From an uncultured Acidobacteriaceae bacterium (GTDB lineage: Bacteria; Acidobacteriota; Terriglobia; Terriglobales; Acidobacteriaceae): a stretch of 64,000 nt of DNA. Position numbers and translations under genes: made by a program. The notes below the pieces were generated by a model that had not been told where the DNA came from, ran no database searches, and saw only the letters and a program-made list of their open reading frames with translations. Within the stretch, counting starts at the first letter, position 1. Each line of letters opens with the position of its first letter. The stretch covers positions 1,971 through 65,970 of the forward strand of contig CAXTLD010000007.1 of NCBI GenBank assembly GCA_964245045.1, written 5' to 3'. Below are positions 55,670 to 64,000 of this stretch, one piece after another.

Positions 55670-57883
55670 TTATGGCAGAGGCGGGTTCCCGGACCGGTCT
55701 GCCGCGGGCGTGTCTGCCGCGGGCGCGGAGAGCTGTTGGAACAGGGTGGAGTCGAGTTCCATAAGGCCGAGGATGCCGTTGAGTTGGCTGGTGGAGACCC
55801 ACGGCAGCCAGAGGCGGTGGAGGCCGAAACCGCGAACCGGGGCAAGGCTCCAGTGTTCCTGCTGCCAGCCGGGGCCTTTGAGGTCGAAGGGACGGTTGGG
55901 GAGGGCCACCATGACCTTGGTGTCGTGAAGCAGGAGGCGGGACACGTCGAGGTCGTGGCGGTCGTGGGTGGCGAGGGAAAGCTCGGCGAACTCGTCGGTA
56001 TCGAAGGCCATGTATTCGTCGGTGAGGGAGTGGCCGGTGGCGATGAGTTGGAGGCCGACCGTGGGGACGCCCTGCTTCCAGGGCAGCGCGGCGTCGGGCT
56101 GGCCGATTGGCATCGGGACGTTCCAGAGGTAGATCCAGGTTTCAGCGAACTCGGCGGCGCGCTGGGCGTGAGCGAGCCACTTGGGGTCGTGCGTGTGTTC
56201 GTAAAGGGTGAGGTAAGCCTCGATGGAGAGGGTGCCGGCTTCTTTGTCGATGATGTCGGGGTTGTCGATGGTGCCGCCGACGAAGAGGCCGTTCTGTTGG
56301 CCGGCTGCCCAGGTGAAATCGGCGGCGCGCTCGGCGGCGTGGCGGTAGGTTGGGTCGCCGGTCAGGGAGGTCATGAGGCAGAGAAACGGGACGGGGTTGT
56401 AGGAGGCCTGTTCGGAGGTGTCGAACGGAACGCCGGTGCCGGGGTGCCAGGAGCGCGGGAAGCCGCCGTCAGGGGCTTGCTGGGTGAGGAGCCAGTCCGC
56501 GAACCGCCGCGACCAGGCGAGCCAGGCAGGATGTTCGCGGCCGTGGGCGCGTTCGCGGAGCAGGAGGCGGTTGAGCGACTTCATGTCGTCAGTGAGCGAG
56601 CGGAGGTAGACGCGCTGCTGCTCGGGCTCGTGCGGGAGGTTAAAGGCGGGTGCGCCGGTGTTGAGGTTGAAGCCCTCGGCGACGGGCGGGGATACGGGCA
56701 ATTGCCGCACGAAGGTGTCGATGATGGCTTCGCCCTGTTGCCGATGGAAGGCGGCCTTGGGTGTGTGGACGAGCTCGGCGTCTCCTATGAGGAAGTTGGC
56801 GGCCTCGATGTTTTTGCCGACGAAGCCAAGCAGCGCGTTGAAGTCGTTGGGTGGGGTTATGCCTGTGACAGCGCTGGCGACGACCGGTATGCCGGTGCGG
56901 TCCCCGACGGTGAGGACGCGGTCGAAGAGCATGTTCAGGATGCTGTCGCGGACGAGGGGGATGTTTTGCGGCGTGACGAGCGGGCTGAGTTTCTGCCAGG
57001 CGTCGCGCCATGTAGTGCGGACGAGGTCGGGGAGCGTAGGCGCGGTGCCGGTTTGGAGTTGCAAGGTGTACTGCTGGGTAAGGCCGTCCTCGATGGGGTG
57101 GTAGCGACGACGCCAGCGGTGAAGCTGGCCGCCGGGGTAGGTGTTGCCGGCGTAGGTGACCTCGCCCTCAGAGCCGGGGTACCAGAAGCCGAGGCGCAGG
57201 TCATCGCCGCTTTGATGCATGCCGAGGGCGCCGAAGGTGAAGCGGCGATCGACGAGGGTGCGGGCTTGGGTGTCTTGCGCGTCCTCGACGGTGGTAGCAC
57301 CGAGGGGGTTGAGGTGCAGGAGGCTGACGAAGCTACCGTCAGGGAAGCGGATGGCGGCGAGCGGCGCAGGCGTGCGGTCTTCGCGCGCCTGCAGCACGCC
57401 TTTGTCGCTTGCCGCGTAGGTGTCTCGCCCGCCGATGGCCGCGGGCGTGAGGTGGGCGGTGCCGCCGTAGACGACGCCGGGGATGAAGTAATCGAGGGCC
57501 TCGCGGGGCGGCGGGTGCGCAAAGGTGAGCTGAAGCGAGGAAAGGAATCCGCCAGGGGCGTTGCCGTGGACGGTGACCGTGCGCGCAAGGGTCAGCGTGC
57601 CGCCGGTCTCGGTCCAGCGATCGTTGAAGACGGCGGTGGCGCTGGGGCCGAGGGGGACCGTGGCTTGGGCGATGGTGGAGGCGCCCTGGTGGGCGATGCG
57701 GGTGTAGGGGCGGCAGGTCTCGCGGATGTCGGTCTCGGCGAGATAGCGTTCGACGCAGGCGGGCGTGGCGGTGCCGGCGGCGCTGGTATGCGGACCGAGG
57801 TGCACGCCCTGGCTAGAAACGGTCTGCGACTGGAGTGCGGGGGCGAAAACCAGCAGGAGCAGCAAGGCGAGCGTGGGACGCAT
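55670..57883 (-). CDS. Large secreted hypothetical protein, probable (alpha/alpha)6-barrel glycosidase-like C-terminal half
   Basis: Signal peptide (MRPTLALLLLLVFAPALQS); WLLTQQAPDGGFPRSW, IIDKEAG, AEFAETWIYLW. Confidence 0.6.
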   Translation of the reverse strand: MRPTLALLLLLVFAPALQSQTVSSQGVHLGPHTSAAGTATPACVERYLAETDIRETCRPYTRIAHQGASTIAQATVPLGPSATAVFNDRWTETGGTLTLARTVTVHGNAPGGFLSSLQLTFAHPPPREALDYFIPGVVYGGTAHLTPAAIGGRDTYAASDKGVLQAREDRTPAPLAAIRFPDGSFVSLLHLNPLGATTVEDAQDTQARTLVDRRFTFGALGMHQSGDDLRLGFWYPGSEGEVTYAGNTYPGGQLHRWRRRYHPIEDGLTQQYTLQLQTGTAPTLPDLVRTTWRDAWQKLSPLVTPQNIPLVRDSILNMLFDRVLTVGDRTGIPVVASAVTGITPPNDFNALLGFVGKNIEAANFLIGDAELVHTPKAAFHRQQGEAIIDTFVRQLPVSPPVAEGFNLNTGAPAFNLPHEPEQQRVYLRSLTDDMKSLNRLLLRERAHGREHPAWLAWSRRFADWLLTQQAPDGGFPRSWHPGTGVPFDTSEQASYNPVPFLCLMTSLTGDPTYRHAAERAADFTWAAGQQNGLFVGGTIDNPDIIDKEAGTLSIEAYLTLYEHTHDPKWLAHAQRAAEFAETWIYLWNVPMPIGQPDAALPWKQGVPTVGLQLIATGHSLTDEYMAFDTDEFAELSLATHDRHDLDVSRLLLHDTKVMVALPNRPFDLKGPGWQQEHWSLAPVRGFGLHRLWLPWVSTSQLNGILGLMELDSTLFQQLSAPAADTPAADRSGNPPLP

Positions 57884-57938
57884 GAGGGCTCCTGATGGTA
57901 GCAGGGCAGGTGAATCCGGGAGTGGACCTTCAGCGCTT

Positions 57939-58481
57939 CTAGCGGCGTTGCGAACGCGCAATGGCTGCGCGGGTTTCGCGGTCGGTTTCTTTCTTGCGTT
58001 CGGTCGCGCGTTTGTCCCAGTCCTGCTTGCCCTTGGCGAGCGCGATCTCGCACTTAACCCGGCCGTGCCGAAAGTAGAGCCGCACTGGAATCAGTGTGTA
58101 GCCCTTTTGTTTGGTGGACGCCGTGAGCTTTTCGATCTCGCGCTTGTGCAGCAGGAGTTTGCGGGTGCGGAGCTCTTCGTGGTTCATGGCGTTGCCGTGC
58201 GAAAACGCGCCGATGTGCGCGTTGAGCAGAAACGCCTCGCCGTCCTTCAACAAGCCATAGGCGTCTTTGAGGTTGGCCTTTCCCTCTCGAATGCTCTTGA
58301 CCTCGGTGCCGCGGAGGGCGACGCCGGCCTCGAACCGGTCTTCAAGAAAGTAGTTGAAGCCGGCGGAGCGGTTAAACGCTGCATCGCGTGAGCCCATTGC
58401 GACCGGGTCGCGGTCCTTGGCCTTGACCGGGCTGGCCTTGGCAGTGGTGGGGACGGTCGGATTGGAGAGCGAGCGGGGCAT
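57939..58481 (-). CDS. smpB: SsrA-binding protein SmpB
   Basis: NRSAGFNYFLEDRFEAGVAL.GTEVKSIREGK, RTRKLLLHKREI, ALAKGKQDWDKR. Confidence 0.96.
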   Translation of the reverse strand: MPRSLSNPTVPTTAKASPVKAKDRDPVAMGSRDAAFNRSAGFNYFLEDRFEAGVALRGTEVKSIREGKANLKDAYGLLKDGEAFLLNAHIGAFSHGNAMNHEELRTRKLLLHKREIEKLTASTKQKGYTLIPVRLYFRHGRVKCEIALAKGKQDWDKRATERKKETDRETRAAIARSQRR

Positions 58482-58854
58482 GGTTCCGGGGCAGTTTGTC
58501 GCGAAGTGCGACAGGGCCACGGGTATCGATGCTACCAGAGGGCGGCGGGCTGCACCGGAAGTTGTAGACGCAGGAGAAACGAGCTGGCAGATACTTCGTC
58601 CAAAGGGCAGAGTCACTGTTTTTGCCTTGGTTTTTGCCGTGAACCGGCCCGGGAGCTCGTGTTTGCCGATAGAAGAACAACCCGAGAGGGCCACCGCGCC
58701 AATGCTAGTATCGATCTATCCCGACCTGTCGCTTGCCGTCGCACAGCAGGACACCGAGGTGCGCCGCCCGGAGCCGGGCATGCAGCCGCGCCCGGTATGT
58801 GTGCGGTCTCTGGGAAGGCGGAACGTCCGGTGGGAGCGGGAGCGGTACGCAGCA

Positions 58855-61320
58855 ATGAAGCAACACGGATCGGTTTGGCGCGGCTTGGGTGTGCGGTGGG
58901 GCAGGGGCAGGGCAGCCGTTTTGGTGCTCCTGTGGGTCGTCTTGATCTTCGGCGCGGCGGGTCGTCCGGCACAGGGGCAATCGGCGAGTGCATGGAACAA
59001 GCGCGGTCAGCAGGCTGAAACCCGCGAGGACTTTGACGCCGCCTTCGAGGCCTACCGGCAGGCGCACCTGAAAAATCCCAAGGACCTTCGCTATCGCGAG
59101 CGCTTCGAGCGGCTACGCTTTCAGGCGGCGAGTCTCCATGTGGATCGGGGCCGGGTGTTGCGGCAGTCCGGCGACGTTACCGGCGCCATCAACGAGTTTG
59201 CGCGGGCCTTGCAGATCGACCCCGGCAACGAGGCCGCAGCGCAGGAGTTGCAAATCACCGAGCGGCCCCCAGCCGCGGCCGTGACGCCGGGCAAGGTGGG
59301 CGCGATTGAGAACAGCGTGGCGCCCGGGCAGACGCTGATCCCGGGCGTCGACGAATCCATGCCGCGACAACGCGAGGTACAGAACGAGATCTCCTCACTC
59401 GCGGCGCCCGTGCAGCTACAACCGGTATCCAACGACAACGTTACGCTCCATATCGTTGGCGACTCAAAGACGGTGTACCAGGCGATCGGCAAGATCGCCG
59501 GCGTCAACGTCATTTTTGATCCCGAGTACGTGTCGAAGAGTATCCCTGTCGATCTGACCAGCGTGCCGATCTACGACGCCCTGCGCATCGTGGGAACGTT
59601 GAGCAATACGTTCTGGAAGCCGGTAACGCAGAACACGATCTTTGTGGCGCAGAACACGACCAACAAGCGGCGCGATCTCGACGATTTGGCGGTGCAGACG
59701 TTTTATCTGACCAACGTGTCGCAGCCCAACGATGCCAACGAGATCATGGTGGCGCTGCGCAACCTGCTCGATCCGCAGGTGAAGATCTATCTGGTGCCCA
59801 GCCAGAACGCGATCGTGCTGCGCGCGACGCCGGATCAGTTGATCCTTGCCGAAAAGCTCATCAACGATCTGGACCGCACACGCTCCGAGGTCATCGTGGA
59901 CGTGGCGGTGCTGGAGGTGAGCCGCGATAAGCTGCGCAATCTCGGCATCACGTTGCCGACGAGCTTTGGGCTTACGCCGACGGCGAACACAACTGGGACG
60001 ACCACGGCCACTTCAGGCACCTCCACCAGCAATGGAACGAGCACGACCCCAACTACGAGCCAGAACCTAACACTGAACTCGCTCGGCAATCTCAACGCGA
60101 CCAACTTTGCGGTCACGGTTTCGGGCGGCACGGTGAACGCGCTGCTTACGGATAACGACACGCGCATCCTGCAGAATCCGCGCATTCGCGCAACCGATGG
60201 TCAACGCGCGCAGCTCAAGATCGGGTCCAAGATTCCGGTCGCGACGGGCTCGTATAGTTCTACGCTCTCCACCACCGCCTCGTTGGGTGTGCAGACGCAG
60301 TTCACCTATCTAGACGTTGGTGTGAACATCGACATGACTCCCACGGTTCACCTGGACCGAGAGGTTTCGCTCAAGTTGATCGTGGAGGTGTCCGCCCAGA
60401 ACGGAAGCACCACCATCTCCAGCGTCACGGAGCCAATCATCTCCCAGCGCCGGTCCGAGCAGACGATTCAGCTCAAGGACGGCGAGCCTTCGATTCTGGC
60501 CGGCTTGCTGCAACGGCAGGACACGCGCACCAGCAACGGCACGCCCGGGCTGGGCGAAATTCCACTGCTTAAGTACTTCTTTTCAAGCCAGTCCAAAGAG
60601 CAGCAGAGTGACGAGATTGTGTTTCTGTTGATCCCGCACATTGTGCGTGAGTCGCTGGTGACGGCGGACAATACCCGGCCGATTTACACGGGCACGAACA
60701 CCTCGGTGGAACTGATTCGCCGCCCCGTACCCGCGAGCGACAACAAACCCCGGACCAATGGAGCGATGGAACGGCCGGCAGGGCCAGAGGTCTCGGCGGC
60801 GAACGCGGCAAATTCCATGGTCGGTGTGATCGGGAGCGCGGATCAGCCGGCGCAGCCGCTCGCTCCGGCGCGTCCGGTCACCAACGTCCCTGCGGCGTCC
60901 AACCAGACGCCGATCAACCTGAGCGTCTCGCCGTCGTCGTCGATGCCAGCGGTCGGGTCTACCTTCCAGGTCTCTGTAGTGGCGGCCAACGCGCACGACC
61001 TGTACGAGGTGCCGTTGCAGCTGCACTTCGACCCGCGGGTGCTTACGCTGGTCAATGTGGACTCGGGCGACCTGCTCGGCCGGGACGGCCAGGCGGTGGC
61101 GCTGGTGCATCGCGACGAGGGCAACGGTTCGGTGACGATCGCGGCCTCGCGGCCACCGCAGACAGCAGGCGTGAACGGGACGGGCGTGGTTTGCACACTC
61201 ACCTTCCGGGCGGCCGCCGCGGGCGACTCCCCGCTTTCGTTGGTGAAGATCGGCGCCAAAGACAGCAAGGGAACGACGCTCCCGGCCGTGGGCACGCAGG
61301 GCGTCGTGCACGTAAAGTAG
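58855..61320 (+). CDS. GspD/PilQ-like secretin with N-terminal TPR and C-terminal cohesin-like domain
   Basis: TPR N-terminus, N-domains (QTFYLTN...), VIVDVAVLEV, ILQNPRIRATDG, DVGVNIDMTP, PGLGEIPLLKYFF; C-terminal FQVSV...LQLHFDPRVL. Start uncertain. Confidence 0.88.
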   Translation: MKQHGSVWRGLGVRWGRGRAAVLVLLWVVLIFGAAGRPAQGQSASAWNKRGQQAETREDFDAAFEAYRQAHLKNPKDLRYRERFERLRFQAASLHVDRGRVLRQSGDVTGAINEFARALQIDPGNEAAAQELQITERPPAAAVTPGKVGAIENSVAPGQTLIPGVDESMPRQREVQNEISSLAAPVQLQPVSNDNVTLHIVGDSKTVYQAIGKIAGVNVIFDPEYVSKSIPVDLTSVPIYDALRIVGTLSNTFWKPVTQNTIFVAQNTTNKRRDLDDLAVQTFYLTNVSQPNDANEIMVALRNLLDPQVKIYLVPSQNAIVLRATPDQLILAEKLINDLDRTRSEVIVDVAVLEVSRDKLRNLGITLPTSFGLTPTANTTGTTTATSGTSTSNGTSTTPTTSQNLTLNSLGNLNATNFAVTVSGGTVNALLTDNDTRILQNPRIRATDGQRAQLKIGSKIPVATGSYSSTLSTTASLGVQTQFTYLDVGVNIDMTPTVHLDREVSLKLIVEVSAQNGSTTISSVTEPIISQRRSEQTIQLKDGEPSILAGLLQRQDTRTSNGTPGLGEIPLLKYFFSSQSKEQQSDEIVFLLIPHIVRESLVTADNTRPIYTGTNTSVELIRRPVPASDNKPRTNGAMERPAGPEVSAANAANSMVGVIGSADQPAQPLAPARPVTNVPAASNQTPINLSVSPSSSMPAVGSTFQVSVVAANAHDLYEVPLQLHFDPRVLTLVNVDSGDLLGRDGQAVALVHRDEGNGSVTIAASRPPQTAGVNGTGVVCTLTFRAAAAGDSPLSLVKIGAKDSKGTTLPAVGTQGVVHVK

Positions 61321-61330
61321 GGAGCGGGCA

Positions 61331-61846
61331 ATGTTCAGGGTTGGCCAGCAGAGGAGACGCGCAGACGACGTGCTACGCCGCGGCCGCGTCTCTGGTCGTT
61401 GGCGGAACGACGCCGGTCTGACCTTGATCGAGTTGATTATCACGGTCACGATCCTGAGCATTCTGGCCTCGGCGGCGGTGCCGGTGGCGCGCTTCGAGGT
61501 AAAGCGGCGCAAAGAGAAGGAGCTACGGGCGGACCTGTGGGAGATGCGCCGGGCGATCGACGCCTACAAGGACGCGGCGGACCTGGGCGGCATCCAGGTG
61601 AAGGCGGACTCGAACGGCTATCCGCCCGACCTGGACACCTTGGTGAATGGGGTCGACATTCAGGACAAGCACGTGCGCTTTCTGCGGTCGATCCCCGAAG
61701 ACCCCATGACCAAGTCCAAGGAGTGGGGCTTGCGCTCCAACCAGGACGAGGCCGATTCGACCAGCTTCGGCGGGCAAAACGTCTTTGACGTGTACAGCAA
61801 AAGTACGGACACGGCGCTGAACGGAACGAAGTACAGCACCTGGTAA
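61331..61846 (+). CDS. Type II secretion/type IV pseudopilin (GspG-like)
   Basis: G|LTLIELIITVTIL class III signal; LRADL.EMRRAID.Y, YPPDLDTLV, IPEDPMT. Confidence 0.88.
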   Translation: MFRVGQQRRRADDVLRRGRVSGRWRNDAGLTLIELIITVTILSILASAAVPVARFEVKRRKEKELRADLWEMRRAIDAYKDAADLGGIQVKADSNGYPPDLDTLVNGVDIQDKHVRFLRSIPEDPMTKSKEWGLRSNQDEADSTSFGGQNVFDVYSKSTDTALNGTKYSTW

Positions 61847-61860
61847 GGGCAGGTGAAGGC

Positions 61861-62289
61861 GTGAGCATGAGAGAGCAGCGTGGCACGGAAAAGCGGTGGG
61901 GGGCAGGCGACGGCGGGTTCACGCTGATTGAGCTCGTGATCGTGATGACCGTTATCGGCCTGCTTGCCGCCATCGCGATTCCGAGCTACTTGAATTCCGT
62001 GCGCAAGGCGCGGGAAGCGGTGCTCAAGGAAGATCTGCACACCATGCGGACGGCAATCGACAGCTACACCGTGGACCGGGAACAGGCACCGCAGAGCCTG
62101 GACGATCTGGTGCAGGCTGGCTACTTGAAAACGATTCCCATGGACCCGATCACGAACCACAGCGACACCTGGATCACCAGCCAAAGCGACGTGCTGACCA
62201 GCATCACGCAGACGCAGGGCGGCATCAGCGATGTGCATTCGGGGGCGCAGGGGCTTGCCATCGATGGCGGCTCGTACAACAACTGGTAA
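61861..62289 (+). CDS. Type II secretion/type IV pseudopilin (GspG-like)
   Basis: G|FTLIELVIVMTVIGLLAAIAIP; AREAVLKEDL..MR.AID.Y, IPMDPIT. Confidence 0.9.
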   Translation: MSMREQRGTEKRWGAGDGGFTLIELVIVMTVIGLLAAIAIPSYLNSVRKAREAVLKEDLHTMRTAIDSYTVDREQAPQSLDDLVQAGYLKTIPMDPITNHSDTWITSQSDVLTSITQTQGGISDVHSGAQGLAIDGGSYNNW

Positions 62290-62371
62290 GCGTATTTCCC
62301 TTTTGGGAAGGGACCAGTACCGATTGTGCCCGGATGTGCGTCGCGGGGGCTGAGCGGGACGTCTTATCGTT

Positions 62372-63727
62372 GTGGCAACCACGTCAAATCCTCTTGGCCC
62401 GGTCGAGTCTGCGCCGGAAGCGCCTCAGGCGAAACCTGGGCGTTTCTCCTATGCGTGGCGGGCGCTACGGCACCGCAATTTCAAGCTGTTTGTCGCCGGG
62501 CAGAGCGTCTCGCTGGTGGGCACATGGATGACGCGGCTAGCGACGAGCTGGCTTGTCTATCGGCTGACCCATTCGGCGCTGCTTCTGGGCGTTGTGGGGT
62601 TTGCGGGGCAGATTCTCACGTTTCTGCTAGCGCCGTTTGCGGGCGTGTGGGTGGAGCGGATGGACCGGCGGCGATTGCTAGTGTGGACGCAGGCTGCCGC
62701 CGCCGTGCAGTCGCTGGTCATGGCCGCGCTGACGCTCTCCGGAAGGATCACGATCCACGAGATCGTGGGTCTCAGTGTCTTCCAGGGGCTCATCAATGCG
62801 TTCGACATGCCGGCGCGGCAGGCTTTCACGGTGCAGATGGTGGAGGACCGCGCCGACCTGGGCAACGCCATCGCGCTGAACTCGTCCATGGTGAACGCGG
62901 CGCGGCTGGTGGGCCCGGCGCTGGCGGGTGTGGTGATCGGGGCCGTGGGCGAGGGCTGGTGTTTTCTGATCGACGGCGTGAGCTACTTCGCCGTGATCGC
63001 CTCGCTGCTGATGATGCACGTCAAGCCACTTGCCTTGAAGCGGCAGACTGCAACGATGATTGCGCAGATGCGCGAAGGCTGGGACTATGTGCGCGGCTTT
63101 CGGCCGATCCGGACAGTGCTGTTGTTGTTCGCCATCCTGAGCCTGATGGGGTGGCCGTATACGGTGCTGTTGCCTATCTTTGCGGGTCAGGTGCTGCATG
63201 GTGGGCCGCACACGCTGGGGTGGCTGACGGGGGCCTCGGGCGTCGGCGCCCTGGGTGCGGCGTTGGCGCTGGCGTTGCGCAAGAGCGTCGTTGGCCTGAC
63301 GCGGGACATCCAGATTGCGGCCGTGGCGTTCGGGCTGGGGTTGATTCTGTTCGGCGTGTCGCACCTGCTGTGGTTGAGCCTGCTGCTGATGCTGGCGGTC
63401 GGCTACGGGATGATGACCGGGCTTGCGGCCAGCAACACCATTGTCCAAACGCTAGTGCCCGAGGGCATGCGGGGGCGCGTGATGAGCTACTACACGATGG
63501 CTTTCGTGGGCATGGCGCCGTTTGGGAGCCTGCTGGCCGGAGGCCTGGCGCACTGGCTGGGCGCGCCGCGCACGGTGATGCTCACCGGGCTATGCTGCCT
63601 CCTAGGCGCCGCGTGGTACACCACCGAGCTGCCGAAAATTCGGCAGGTGATGCGGCCGATTTACCAGGAGATGGGGATCTTGACCGAGGCGAACCGGCCG
63701 GGCATCGAGGAGCAGGCCGGAGCTTAA
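62372..63727 (+). CDS. MFS transporter (MFS_3/DUF894-like)
   Basis: ALRHRNFKLF..GQ..S..GTWM, G..VERMDRRR, FDMPARQAF, GRVMS.Y. Confidence 0.9.
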   Translation: MATTSNPLGPVESAPEAPQAKPGRFSYAWRALRHRNFKLFVAGQSVSLVGTWMTRLATSWLVYRLTHSALLLGVVGFAGQILTFLLAPFAGVWVERMDRRRLLVWTQAAAAVQSLVMAALTLSGRITIHEIVGLSVFQGLINAFDMPARQAFTVQMVEDRADLGNAIALNSSMVNAARLVGPALAGVVIGAVGEGWCFLIDGVSYFAVIASLLMMHVKPLALKRQTATMIAQMREGWDYVRGFRPIRTVLLLFAILSLMGWPYTVLLPIFAGQVLHGGPHTLGWLTGASGVGALGAALALALRKSVVGLTRDIQIAAVAFGLGLILFGVSHLLWLSLLLMLAVGYGMMTGLAASNTIVQTLVPEGMRGRVMSYYTMAFVGMAPFGSLLAGGLAHWLGAPRTVMLTGLCCLLGAAWYTTELPKIRQVMRPIYQEMGILTEANRPGIEEQAGA

Positions 63728-63773
63728 TGCCGTGCTTAATGGGATTGTAGACGTGAGTTACGCGGAGTGCCGG

Positions 63774-64000
63774 TCAAGGGTTGCTGACGAATGCAGCAGA
63801 GTTCCGCCCGGAATGAGTGGTGTGCGCCTTGGTCAATGCCGGCGTTTGTCTTGTGTTCGGTGAAGTCTGCCCCGTAGGAAATGCCCGGCGCTCGTGTTCA
63901 AGGAGCCACTGCTTGCGCCACAGGCCGCCGCCGTACCCGGTCAGCGAGCCATCGTGGCCGATAACGCGATGGCAGGGGATCACGATGGCGATCTGGTTGG
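63774..64000 (-). CDS. ogt: Methylated-DNA--protein-cysteine methyltransferase (Ogt/Ada), C-terminal part only
   Basis: [35 protein letters not shown]; 5' end outside the window. Confidence 0.9.
   Translation of the reverse strand, partial: NQIAIVIPCHRVIGHDGSLTGYGGGLWRKQWLLEHERRAFPTGQTSPNTRQTPALTKAHTTHSGRNSAAFVSNP

Noticed and set aside
55696-55726. 15-bp tandem duplication at the 3' end of the glycosidase-like gene
   Set aside because: In frame in a low-complexity tail; likely trivial slippage, mentioned only as supporting detail.
58490-58850. tmRNA (ssrA) or other structured RNA next to smpB
   Set aside because: No tRNA-like GGGG...CCACCA ends or tag reading frame seen; treated as a divergent promoter region.

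Overview
Bacterial chromosomal window, GC-rich, with gene content that looks like Acidobacteriota (Terriglobia); the taxonomy is an inference. Positions 1-12.5 kb hold a lower-GC Tad/Flp (type IVc) pilus locus: two tadE-like genes, DUF192, flp, cpaA, cpaB, cpaC, cpaE, cpaF, tadB and tadC. Two GT-C-fold membrane glycosyltransferases and a 31-aa membrane microprotein missing from the ORF track are interleaved with it. The rest is mostly housekeeping and envelope genes: M20 amidohydrolase, GT4, a degenerate GH13, Dph6-like ATPase, TolC, RNase HI, an ECF sigma/anti-sigma/PDZ trio, fdx-hscA, DinB, acyltransferase, a B3 metallo-beta-lactamase, comEC, rlmD, coaX, birA, valS, bamD, rpe, a UvrC-like protein, pmbA, pepA, smpB, a secretin with two pseudopilins, MFS transporters and a partial ogt. 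Two frameshifted genes are visible (a ParE toxin and a TonB-dependent-receptor-like gene). I saw no rRNA, tRNA, CRISPR array, integrase or transposase. The best leads are a possible Tad-pilus glycosylation module, a palindromic element inserted in frame in hscA, an MNT antitoxin paired with a non-HEPN gene, a catalytically dead secreted GH13, and a dispersed composite repeat family. All family assignments come from motif recognition by eye; no database searches were run.
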